Shown here piece by piece: positions 12,770 through 24,092 of a stretch of 64,000 nt of DNA. Source of the stretch: Felis catus (Eukaryota); contig NC_058368.1 of the NCBI RefSeq assembly GCF_018350175.1, positions 139,006,001 to 139,070,000 on the forward strand. The letters are read 5' to 3'. The notes under the pieces are model-generated. The model was not told the origin of the DNA. It did no database searches and worked only from the letters and a program-made list of their open reading frames with translations. Position 1 is the stretch's first letter, and every line of letters starts with the position of its first letter. The translations under genes and the position numbers were made by a program.

Positions 12770-15298
12770 CCTGGAAGTAAGGCGTGGCCATGACGAACAC
12801 CTAAAATGTGGGAGTGACTTTGGACTCAGGCAGTGGACAGAAGCTGGAGTGATTTTTGGAGACAGGGTTTGTGAAAGCATGATGGGCCTGGAAAAGACCG
12901 TTAGTGGAAGGACATAGACCAGAGGAGGCTCGCTTACGGGAGAGCAAGGAAAACCTTCCTGGAAAGTGGAGGAAATGTGATCCTTGTGACACTGGCAGAA
13001 AGATCACGATGGCCTTCCGTGATGCAGAGAGCGGAAGATGCGCCTGCTAATGAATATGGGGTCTAACTAAGGAGATTTCCAGCTAGAATATTCAAGGTGC
13101 CGTCCAGGTGTATCTTTCCACTATACTAAAGTATGAGAGGAGCAAGGTAAAGGAAGGACTGTGAAACATAAAGCAGTCAAGGCTTAATTGGGTTTTTTTT
13201 TAAACAATTTTAAACCACATTTTCTAGGCAAGGCAGCCAGGGAAAATGAAGACTTGGCTTTCAGGCAGAGATGGATCCCAGGTTCTCTCAGGAAAACATG
13301 GTCTAAACACGGAACCAGGGGCTCCCGGGTGGCTCAGTCGGTTAACGTCCGACTCTTGATTTTGGCTCAGGTCTTGATATCACAGTCCGTGTGTTCGAGC
13401 CCTGGGTTGGGCTCTGCACTGGCAGTGCAGAGCCTGCTTGGGATTCTCTCTGTACCTCTCTCTGCCCCTCCCCACTTTTGTTCTCATGTGCTTTCTCTCA
13501 AAATAAATAAATAGACTGGGGCACCTGGGTGGCTCAGGCGGTTAAGCGTCCAACTTCGGCTCATGTCATGATCTCGTGGCACATGAGTTCGAGCCCCACA
13601 TCAGGCTTTGTGCTGACAGCTCAGAGCCTGGAACCTGCTTCAGATTCTGTGTCTCCCGCTCTCTCTACCCCACCCCTGCTCACGCTCTGTGTATGTCTCT
13701 CTCTCTCTCTCTCAAAAATAAACATTAAAAAAAATTAAAAAATAAGGCAAATCTTAAGAGACTTAAAAACTGAGAATAAACTGAGGGTTGATGGGGGGTG
13801 GGAGGGAGGGGAAAGTGGGTGATGGGCACTGAGGAGGGCACCTGTTGGGATGAGCGCTGGGTGTTGTATGGAAACCAATTTGACAGTAGACTTCATATTT
13901 AAAAAAAATAATAAATAAATAAATAGACTTAAAAAAATAAACATGAAATCTAGGTTGTGAATATGAAATCCCTTAAGACCTCAGAAAGAGGGGCGCCTGG
14001 GTGGCACAGTCGGTTAAGTGTCCGACTTCAGCCAGGTCACGATCTCACAGTCCATGAGTTCGAGCCCCGCGTCAGGCTCTGGGCTGATGGCTCAGAGCCT
14101 GGAGCCTGTTTCCGATTCTGTGTCTCCCTCTCTCTCTGCCCCTCCCCCGTTCATGCTCTGTCTCTCTCTGTCCCAAAAATAAATAAACGTTGAAAAAAAA
14201 AATTAAAAAAAAAAAAAAAGAACTCAGAAAGATCTATTGTGGTGTCTCAGAGTATCTGACAATGAGACAAAAGGTCATTTAAATATTTTAACACTTTGTC
14301 GGACAGATCCTCTCAAACAATAGGGTTTCTAAGAATCCTGTTCCCAGCAGCTGCCCACAGTAGCGAAAGGCACATATTGAAGATTTGGTGCGTATAGCTT
14401 TTGTCTAATGGCATGAACCTCAGTGAGATTCACAGAGAATCAACAATTAAAAAATTTTTTTTTAATGTTTAATTTTGAGAGAGAGACAGAGACAGAGACA
14501 GAGCGTGAGCAGGGAAGGGGCAGAGAGAGAGAATGAGACACAGAATCGGAAGCAGGCTCCAGGCTCTCAGCTGTCAGCACAGGGCCCAACATAAGGCTCG
14601 AACGCACAAACCGCGAGATCATGACCTGACCCGAAGTCGGACGCTCAACCGACTGAGCCACCCAGGCGCCCCAGAGTTAACAATTTTTAACAGAAATGTA
14701 TCAGCAGAAATGCTACCAGTTTGAACTGAGAAACAGTTGGAAAAGTGACAGATGAAATGACGTCTTTGGACCTGCAAATTTCTACAAGAAATCTACTCAG
14801 GTGCAACCACATACTACTTTCCAAGAACAAGGAAAAATGACTCAAGGCAGAACCCAAAGCCAGACACTGGAGACTAAGAGTCATAGAGAATTATTTTGAA
14901 TCTTTGACTCCTTATCAAGCAACTTCCAAAATTTGCTTGGCGGGATTTGGGAATTGCTATAAACCCCTCAGTGCTTCTCATTTTCCCTCTTTTGAACAGA
15001 ACCGTCTCTGTTGGTTATTCTAAGTCTGTCCCACCATCGTATTTGACATGTGTGGGGGTACAGATAACTTGTCTCTAGATTAAGAGACTCTCTTGTCTAT
15101 AGAGTCACAGAAACTGTACTTGAGGATATTTACGAATACATTTAGGAGCCTCATCCATGCTTAGTACTAATTTAGATGCCAACCTTCTGAATTTCATGGA
15201 AATGTTCTAAAAAGATGAGACTTGGGGGGTTCTTTGGAGGAAAGGGATACGTTTTGTATGTGGGAGGAATATAAACAATTTGTGGTCAGAGGGTAGAC
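12770..15298 (+). mobile_element. MaLR (MLT1) internal sequence, interrupted by SINEs and L1
   Basis: Starts acacctaaaatgtgggagtgactttggactcaggcagtggacagaagctgga (MaLR-int 5' motif) and ends tttgtatgtgggaggaatat...ggtcagagggtagac (MaLR-int 3' end before the LTR). Confidence 0.7.
13318..14672. mobile_element. SINE cluster: 13318(+), 13518(+) followed by felid L1 3' end 13741-13915, 13990(+), 14455-14672(-)
   Basis: SINE motifs; L1 3'UTR actgagaataaactgagggttgatgggggg...tgtatggaaaccaatttgac. Confidence 0.9.
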
Positions 15299-16118
15299 TC
15301 CTCCCTTGAAAAAGTGTAGCCTTGGGCCCCCTGGGTGGCTCAGTCGGTTAAGCGTCTGACTTCGGCTCAGGTCACGATCTCACGGTCTGTGAGTTCAAGC
15401 CCCGCGTCGGGGTCTGTGCTGACAGCTCAGAGCTTGGAGCCTGTTTCAGATTCTGTGTTTCCCTCTCTCTCTGCCCCTCCCCCGTTCATGCTCTGTCTCT
15501 CTCTGTCTCAAAAATAAATAAACGTTTAAAAAAAAAAGAAAAAAAAAAAAGAAAAAGTGTAGCCTAATTTCTCTCCCCTTGAACATGGCTGTAGTTAGTA
15601 ACTGACTTCTAAGGGATTGAATATGGTGGAAGCATCCTGACAAGAGGAAGCCAAAGAAAGGTGTTGTGGCTTCCTTATTGTTCTTTATTTTTTTAATTTT
15701 ATTTTTAAATTTTTTATTTTTTATTATATGAAAACCTTATTGTTCTTGTTCTCGCTCAGTTCACTTGGCCTTGGGGAAGCCAGCGGCCATGTTGTAAATA
15801 TGCACAATAAACCTTATGGACTCACGTGACAAGTAACTGAGGACTTCAGCCAACAGCGAGTAAGTAACTCCGGTCTCTTGCCAATAGCCATGTCGGCTAG
15901 CTTAGAATCACTTAGCCTCCAGCATTAGCCAAGCTTTTAGAAAAATGGCTTCAGATGATAGCAACCTCATGAGAGACTCAGCCAGCCTCACCCAGCGAAG
16001 ATTCCTGAATTCCTGATCCACAGAAATTGTGAGGTATCTGTTATCTTATGTATTATTTGTTGTTTTGAGCTCCTATGTTTTGCAGTAATTTGTTACACAG
16101 CAATAGATAACTAATACA
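15299..16118 (+). mobile_element. MLT1-family LTR (3' LTR of the MaLR element)
   Basis: Classic MLT1 terminus ttgttacacagcaatagataactaataca ending at 16118; ggggaagccagcggccatgttgt motif. Confidence 0.8.
15323..15550 (+). mobile_element. SINEC inside the MLT1 LTR
   Basis: Perfect target site duplication gaaaaagtgtagcct. Confidence 0.92.
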
Positions 16119-16458
16119 CAAGGTGAAGTTGCCATTGAAGAAATGGCAATTGCAACAATATGAATTGGAGATTGAACCTTGGAGAAATTATGCTGTTAGC
16201 CTTCAATTAACGGTAAGAAGTGGCAGTGAAGATGAATATTGCAAATTAAGTTTGTATTAATTATAAGAAGAGGGACTAATAAGGTGGCACTGGTGCTTGC
16301 TGTAATGGAATAACTATATTTTAAGCATGCCCCACAAATCCTCTTCGAAGTCTTTTCTTAGAGGTCTTCGCCAAAATTTTCAGAATTCTTACTATAGCAC
16401 ATATGTGGTTTGGGCTTGCCTAGTATCCTTTTCTCTTTCTTCGGGTGACAGATCACTT

Positions 16459-17233
16459 TGTTAAAAAACAAAACTCAACAGAGTAAATTTTAAGATCTCA
16501 TTGTCTTTATTAAGTGATTCATGAATTGGGCAGCATTCCCATGTAGCAAAGTAGTGGGGAGCTCCACTGAGCTAAATAAGGGAAACGTTTTTTAAGGCAA
16601 GAGGCAGGGGGAGGGTGGTGCACCTGGGTGGCTTAGCTGGTTAAGTGTCCGACTCTTGGTTTCGGCTCAGATCATGATCTTAATGGTTCGTGGGTTCGAG
16701 CCCGCACTGGGCTCTGTGCTGAGATTCTCTCCCTCTCTCTCCCCTCTCTGTCTCTGCCCTTACCCAACTTGTTCTCTCTCTCTAAATAAACAAAAATTAA
16801 AGCAAGAGAGGGCATTAAAAAGAAGAAGAAAAGAATTTGTTAGCAAGGAATACTCTGTTTAGGCAAGGTTGTGCTCCTTAGGAGAGTGTATGGGGTCTAC
16901 CCGTAAATTTCCTAGTATTGACCATAAAATTCCATGTTGATTGGTTAAAGGTTACATTCCTGGGGAGTTGAAATTGTATTTAGGTTAGGTATTAAGTTTT
17001 GGTTTACTGACTTGGGGCTTTAACCTAAGTGATGCCATTTTGGGACTGCAGTTTGTTTGTTTTTGTTTAATTTATTTTTTGAGAGAGAGGGAGAGAGAAT
17101 CCCAAGCAGGCTCCGTAGAGTCAGCGAAGAGCCAGGTGGGGGGCTTGAACTCATGAACCTGAGCAGAAATCAAGAGTTGGACACCCAACCAACACAGCCA
17201 CCCACGTGCCCCCATAGTTTTCTCTTCAATAAC
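16459..17233 (-). mobile_element. ERV-class solo LTR (family not assigned) with two SINE insertions
   Basis: Starts tgttaaaaaacaaaactcaacagagtaaattttaagatct; minus-strand AATAAA near 16506; ggttacattcctgggg...taggttaggtattaag...gtgatgccattttggg LTR motifs. Confidence 0.55.
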
Positions 17234-17949
17234 CTCTTCTTTGGGGAACATCAGCACCCTCCATCCCACGTTGGGTCATATAACTTAACTCCTTTGCCTT
17301 AGGTGTGCTATCAAACTTGTCAATTGGGATCCTTTTTCAGGACTGACGGGGATGAGTAAGGGGCATAAGCTTCCCTGAGGGGTTGTCCTTGCCACCTAGG
17401 AAGAGGGCTATCATGAAGAGCCGGTCTGACAATGAAGCCAATATGGAGAAAAAATGAGTTGAAAAATAGAGGAATATAAGCAGGGGAGAGGGGCAAAGGG
17501 AGGGAAAGAGGGAGAGAGATGACATTTGAACCCTTGCCACACTGGACCTAATGACATTGTTTCTGCTTGCTTCTAGATCTGCTGTTTTATCTCCAAAGAT
17601 GCAGAGAGGCCTGCCACAGTAAACATTGAGGCTGCTCTCAGGAATTCTCTATAAACGGAATTACTTTTTTTTCTTGAGTGGGGATGGGAGTTTCCAGGCT
17701 GTCAGATACTTAGGGCTGAGTCACCGTAGCACGCTACCCAATTTCCTATTTAGCAATCTTATTCTAACATTGCTTTGTTCAATTACCTTTTGAACCTGAC
17801 TTATTTAATAGTTGAATACAATATTTGACACATTTTTGTTCTATTTTGTAACTGTCACGCTTATAATTTCTTCGAAAATGGCAGTGTGGCAATATGAATC
17901 GCTCATTGTAATACACTGCCTGTTTGTATCATCTACCTAATTAACTGGG

Positions 17950-18830
17950 CCCACGGCGTCCCCGTGAAGTCTCGAGAAGGACTCCGCCAAGATCCCCTGA
18001 GAAAACCTTTTGCCTAATTTTGAACCTCCCACCTGCTGACAAGTCTGCCCCCTGGGGTTCCGACGGGAGGCTACGGTTCAAGCTGAACGGCGGTCAGGGG
18101 CGGTCGGGCCTGGGGCGCAAGCCTCCGGAGCCCCCGCCGCAGGAGCCCCCGCCGGCCCAGGCCCGCGCCGCGTTTCCCGGGGCCTCCCCTCGGGTCGGGT
18201 CGGGTCGGGTCTGGCCGGGTCGGGCGGGGCGGGGCGGGGCGGGGCGCGGAGGGCGGCGGGGCGGTCCCACAGGCCGGGAGGCGGGCCTGGGCGGGGCGCG
18301 CCGTCAGCTGACTCCGCCGCCCCCGCGCTCGGCGCTTCCTCCTCGGGGTCCGGGCGGAGGTCAGGTGCGCGGGCGGCAGCTCCGCCAGACCTGGGCCGAC
18401 CGGCCATGAGGCACCGCGGGCTGGGGCTGGCGGCGCTGCTGGCGCTGCTGGCGGCGCTGGCCCCGCGCTCCTCCGCCGCGCCGGAGCCGGCCCTGTGGCC
18501 TATGCCGCTCTCGGTGAAGACGTCTCCGCGCCTGCTGCACCTCTCCCGCGACAACTTCTCCATCGGCTACGGCCCCTCGTCCACCGCCGGCCCCACCTGC
18601 TCCCTCCTGCAGGAAGCTTTTCGGCGGTGAGCGCTCCCTGCGCGCTGCGGGGCGGAGGCGGGGCCAACCCCCTGGGGCGCTGGGCCGGCGCGGAGGGCGA
18701 GGGGAGGGGAGCCCTGCGCGCCTCTTGTCACCCCCACGACCGTACGCGTGCGTTTTCCCCCCCGTTCAGCAGATAAGGAACCAGTGCCGAGCTGGCCCGT
18801 GACCTCGCCAAAGGGACAGGTCCAGAAGGT
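17950..18830. promoter_or_regulatory. HEXB: HEXB CpG-island, TATA-less promoter with tandem GC boxes
   Basis: Abrupt rise in GC and CpG density around the ATG at 18406; (GGGTC)4 and (GGGGC)4 runs at 18192-18245; palindromic E-box GTCAGCTGAC at 18303-18312. Boundaries approximate. Confidence 0.9.
18406..18626 (+). CDS. HEXB: HEXB exon 1 (signal peptide and start of propeptide)
   Basis: cggccATG; MRHRGLGLAALLALLAALAPRSSAAPEPALWPMPLSV...CSLLQEAFRR, with the ALWP motif of GH20 hexosaminidases; donor CG|gtgagc; 221 nt. Confidence 0.97.
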
Positions 18831-20204
18831 GGGAGAGCCGGCTCAGACAGCCGCTGAAACCCAAGCTCTTCCCCTCCCCCTCCTGCCTGCTAAGGGACTT
18901 CCCGGGCATTCTGGAACCCTGGTTTGCGTGCGGGATACTGAGGGGGAAGGAGTAGCCTGCTCAGAATCTGTGCCCAGCTTCGCCTTGGAGGGGAGAGTAG
19001 GGCGGATGGAGGGGCTGGAGAGTGGCAGCTTCTTACGTGAAGAGAATTCTAGGAGGAAAGGGAGTGCTTAATGCTTGACACCAGAACTCCCAAGTTGGTT
19101 GCCGTCTGCAGTCTCCCCACCCCACTGGCCAAATCAGGTAACAGTTCAGAAGGCAGAAAGTCCTCAGGTTGGAGCATTGCCCAAAACTCCCAAAGTCTGT
19201 TTCTTAGGAAATGTTCCATGCTTTCATCTAATTACTTCGATGTAATGGGTTCATCGCAGTCTCTGCTCGTCTTTTCCCAGCCCGTCATGTGCTGGCTCTC
19301 CCCGCTTCCTGTTCCGGAGCTCACCACATTTCCACGTCTGCAACCCCTTTGGCCACAGACGGGGTGAATCAGGGGATGAGGAGGCAGCCGACAGCCTGGC
19401 TTTGCTGGCCACACCACACAGAAGGCCGATTGCACTTGGGGAGGTGTTTCAGCAGCCTTTCTTTGGTGTCCCCTCACCGTGAGACCTGTGTAGGCTGGAG
19501 TCTCCTGAAGGCCTGGAGTTCAGGGAAGGAATGTAATTTGGTGCTGGCTAGGAAATGTTTTAAAAAAACAAACACGCTTACCACGTTTGCTCTGGGACTC
19601 AGTGTCTAAAATTGTATTTTCCTTCTGTGCCATACTGTTAGTAAAACGAGGACTGGGTGATAGGCTTGAAATGAGGATTATGGCAAGAGAGCAAGGAAGT
19701 CAAGCTGACAGTGGTTGGATAACAAGGGCTTGAGTCAGTGGTGAGATGGTTTGAAAACAAGGCTTGGCATTTCGAGGCAGTGCAGGTGATTATCTGGAGT
19801 TGGCCTAACTAACCATAGCTGGTGTGTGAAGCAGCTGTTAATTATACCCTACGCTGTTAGGAAGCAGGATATAAAACATTAGCCCTTATGGCTAAGACTT
19901 GAAAGCATTCAGGGGAGCATTCTAGGAATTCAGGAAGGTCAGTATCTATTTCAGAGTATAAGCGCAGTGTGGTTGGAAGAACGTAGAGATGATGGAGATG
20001 TTCCAAAGGCTCTAGGTGGACACACGGTCTACGCCCTAAGCAGTTCAGAGCCAGAGGCTCCTGTCTTTGGGGGGCCCAACTTCTATTACAAACCCTGCTT
20101 TCAAACTGTGTTTTTTGCAAGGAGAGAGTTGGGTCTGGTGCATGGCAGCTTCCTCAACTTGTAGAACAAGGTCCGTCGCATGCTAGTTACTCATTTTTTA
20201 ATTA

Positions 20205-21230
20205 AAAAGAATTTTTTTTAATGTTCATTTTTGAGAGAGAGAGACCGAGCGCAAGTGGGGGAGAGGCAGAGAGAGAGAGGCAGACACAGAATCCGAAGCG
20301 GGCTCCAGGCTCTGAGCGATCAGTACAGAGCCTGACATGGGGCTCGAACTCACAAACTGTGAGATCATGACCTGAGCCGAAGTCGGACGCTCAATTGACT
20401 GAGCCGCCCAGGTGCCCTGAGTCACTCATTTTTTTTAAATGAATGAATAGCTGCACTCCCTCAGTTCCTGAAAGGGAAAATTAACCCAAATACCTTGGAC
20501 ACCATTGGTTTAGAACCCTTTGAGTTTTCTGTTGGTTTTAATATCTAGGACCAAAGTTCTCCTTATTTGGGCCAAGCCAGCACCTAGCTCAAAATTCAGA
20601 GCTGCTGGCAGTTTTAATTTCCTTTTTTAAAAAATTTATTTAACCGTGATAAAATACATACAAGATAGAATTTGCCATCTTAACCATTTCCTTTTAAATT
20701 TTTTTGAAAGGAAAATTTTAAAATTTTAAAAATTCTTTTTAAATTTTTTTTGAAAGAAAAATTTTTAATTCATTTAAGAGAGCAGACAAGCACACACGAG
20801 AGCAGGGGAAGGGGCAGAGAGAGAGGGACAGGGAGAATCCCAAGCAGGCTCTGCACTGTCAGTGCTGAGCCCCATGCAGGGCTCGAATTGAAGAACTGTG
20901 AGATCATGACCTGAGCAGAAACCAGGAGTTGGACGTTTACCCTGCTGAGCCACCCAGGCACCCCACATCTTAACCATTTCTAACTATACAGTTCAGCGAT
21001 CTTAATTTCCTTTTTTTTAAATTTTTTTTTAATGTTTGCTTATTTTTGAGACAGAGACAGAGCATGAACAGGGGAGGGGCAGAGAGAGAGGGAGACACAG
21101 AATCTGAAACAGGCTCCAGGCTCTGAGCTGTCAGCACAGAGTCCGACGTGGGGGCTCGAACCCATGAGCTATGAGATCATGACCTGAGCCGAAGTCAGAC
21201 ACTTAACCGACAGAGGCACCCAGGTGCCCC
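20205..21230 (-). mobile_element. Three antisense SINECs in HEXB intron 1 (about 20205-20418, 20770-20964, 21012-21230)
   Basis: Reverse-complement SINE motifs. Confidence 0.88.
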
Positions 21231-22019
21231 TCTTAATTTTCTTCTGATCCTGTCAAGGTTTTCCCTTGGAAAGGGCCCTCAGCATCATCGTCCATTCTGT
21301 TCTGTCACTGGTTAACTTCCATACGCTTCCAGACTCATTGGAACTTTCCTACCTCTCCTTACTTTTCTGGAAAAACACAAGGTGTTCTTACACTTAAGTA
21401 GCATACACAGCCTCTGGCTTATCAAAATCTATAAAATGTTATTTAAATGATTGCTTTGAAGCCTGTCAGGTCTTTAGCACCTTTAAATGCTGTTTTAATA
21501 TCCCCTTTCTCTGGTATTTGGGTACCGGCAGAAGGTAAATTTTCAAGACCCTGGCGAGAATTCTGTAGGCTAGTGACCTTCTTTTGGGGGGGGGGGGGGT
21601 TTCTATATTAGCTAGGATTTTTTTTTTTTTTTTTGGAAGGTAACAGGAACTCTGTTTTAGTCAAGCTTAAGCAATAAGAAAACCTATTATCTCACATTTT
21701 AGGAAGTCCAAAACAGGATTCCACAGCTACTTGACTAAGTGGCTCAACAGTATCATTAGGGAATCCGTGTTCTTTCCATCTCTGCTATCTTTAGTGTGGC
21801 TACAGCCGGTCCAGGTATCACATACAGAGAAATGTGGTTTTTGTGGCTCACTTAGTGTAGGAAACTTTCTGCCACCATTACCCCTAATGCACCACCTTCA
21901 TCACTGGGTGCAATTGGCTTGCCTACCCAAGAGTGATGGGATTCCCATTATTGGTTTGATTACTGGTTCTTAACAGTCTCTTCATATGAGGCACTTGGAA
22001 GTGTGGGTGTACCTTCTCA

Positions 22020-22132
22020 AATTCCCATGCCTATATCCCACCCTCAGAGATTCTGATTCTGGAGGTCTGGACCTCAGTATTTTCAAAAAGCTCCCCCGGA
22101 AGTTCTGATGTGCAGCTTGGGGTGAGAGCCTC
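22020..22132. mobile_element. MER5A-like hAT-Charlie fragment
   Basis: ccctcagagattctgatt...ggtctg...ttttcaaaaagctccccc..ttctgatgtgcagc...tgagagcc. Confidence 0.7.
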
Positions 22133-22255
22133 TAATTGGACCAGTATGGGGTGGCCGGGATTGGAGGAGCCCCACTGGGATGTCCACTGCCACATATGTA
22201 TGTAAAATTTGGCTGCGGTGCTTTAAAACTTTATTTGAATTTATTTCTCACACAG

Positions 22256-22401
22256 ATATCACGAATACATTTTTGGTTTCGACAAGAGGCAGCGTCGCCC
22301 TGCTAAACCTAATAGTGCGATAGAGTTACAGCAACTTCTCGTCACGGTTGTCCTGGACTCGGAGTGTGATCTTTTCCCCAACATCACTTCAGACGAGTCC
22401 T
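22256..22401 (+). CDS. HEXB: HEXB exon 2
   Basis: cacag|A TAT CAC GAA TAC ATT TTT GGT (YHEYIFG...ECDLFPNITSDES) T|gtgagt; 146 nt; phase matches exon 1. Confidence 0.97.
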
Positions 22402-24058
22402 GTGAGTACCTACGCTAACGTGAGCGTGTCGTGTCCTGTGCTGCTCGTTGGGGACTTAAGTGCCAGAAACAGCTTCCATGCCATGAACTGTTGTGAGTTC
22501 TTGGCCAGTGAGTTTATGATTTTTATTTTTCAACTTAACATTAAAGTCATGCACAGTCATTGTAGAATATCTTTAAGCACAGGAAGTGAAGAGGAGAAAG
22601 TACATCATTCATAACCCCAGCACTCACTTGACCACTGTTATTTCAGATGTGTTTTTTTTGTAGAGTGATACATTGAAATATTACACGTTGACAGAAGTAT
22701 AAACGTATGAGAAACAATTACGTGAAAGTGGGGTTTTTGGCTTTTTTTTTTTTGTCTAGCAAAACGAACATGTAATGAAATATTTTTCTATGACATCATT
22801 TTTAGTGCAGTAATTTACTTGGCTAAAAACTCATTTTTGGACATCAGGCAGTTTCTTCGCTTTTATTTTGAAGATAAATCTGTGTGCCTCCATGATCTCT
22901 GTTTGTAATCTTATTTGACACAAAAATGATACAGAATTGGGGGTGGGGCTGGAGCTCTTTCATTTCAGGATATAAACAAAACTTAGCTGTAAGATATTTT
23001 TGTTGCCTAAAATGATTCTGTAGGGGCTACTGACTGGGGAAAACGTGGAATATACACCAAGGAACCAACGGGAGCATTGTGAGGTTGTAGGTGATAGATT
23101 AAGCTCAGAGAGAGCAGACTGGTGAGCTGGGTGTAAGGATAGAAGGGATACCCCAGATCGCAGAGGAAAGAGTGACTCCTTTGTCCTCAGACTGCGTTAC
23201 AGACAGTTCAGTATGTCTCTTCATCCTCTTAGTATAGATCACATTTCTTAATAATACACCTCGGAAAAATAAGTTCATTTGTCAATTCTGTAGCTGTTCT
23301 TAGAAGAGAAACAGGATTCTTGGGCAACATCAGACATGTGATTTCAGTTGACCGCACTCAGTCCCTTCATGAATTATGTTTTACAATCTGAATTGAGATA
23401 GAAAGGGTCATTGACTTGCCAAGGAGTCTTTGCGGTCCATTAGCAACAGTAATGACATACTGTAAATTCCAGAAAATACAGTGTTTTGAGACGGGAGAGT
23501 TAGAGCTTGTCATCCATTCAGCTTTGCAAACCTTTATTCTCAAAGAGAAGCTCCTTGGGCCAAGCTGATTGTGTTTTTCTGGTCGAAGGATAAACTAGTT
23601 TTAAGTTTTGAACTAGTTGATGAAGATGCTGAGAAAGTTAACACAGATGGAAATGACACCAGCTGCTGCGGAGTGTGGGAAAATGGTGGAGGGAGTGCCA
23701 AGTGTTGCAGGATTGTGTATTAGAAATGTGTATTCCCTGTGAACCAGGAATGACCTAGTTTCTCCTGTAGAGCATTAATTACATATAACAGGGATGTTCG
23801 ACGCAGCTTGTGTGTACCAGTGAAGAGTTATAAACAAAACTGCATGTTTGTCCCCGCAAGAATGACTATGCCTTGTCAGTCCACACTAAGGAACACAGCA
23901 GTGAAGAATAAAGAGGCAGAGTGAAAGAACAGACTTGGAGAGCTTGCCAAGATGAACTGCTGGGTTGAACAAAGGACATTGTATACTAATGCAGAATACT
24001 GTTTGTATTTTAGCACACGCACAGGAATGCACATATGAAGCCATGCTACATTTGTTAA

Positions 24059-24061
<3 letters not shown>

Positions 24062-24091
<30 letters not shown>
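24062..24091. repeat. (GT)n microsatellite in HEXB intron 2
   Basis: About 15 perfect GT units; usable as an intragenic marker. Confidence 0.95.

Positions 24092-24092
<1 letters not shown>

Noticed and set aside
18078..18563. 161-aa antisense ORF and 129-aa upstream ORF over the HEXB promoter and exon 1
   Set aside because: Low-complexity Pro/Ala/Gly/Arg ORFs are expected from stop-codon scarcity in a CpG island; no splice or homology support.
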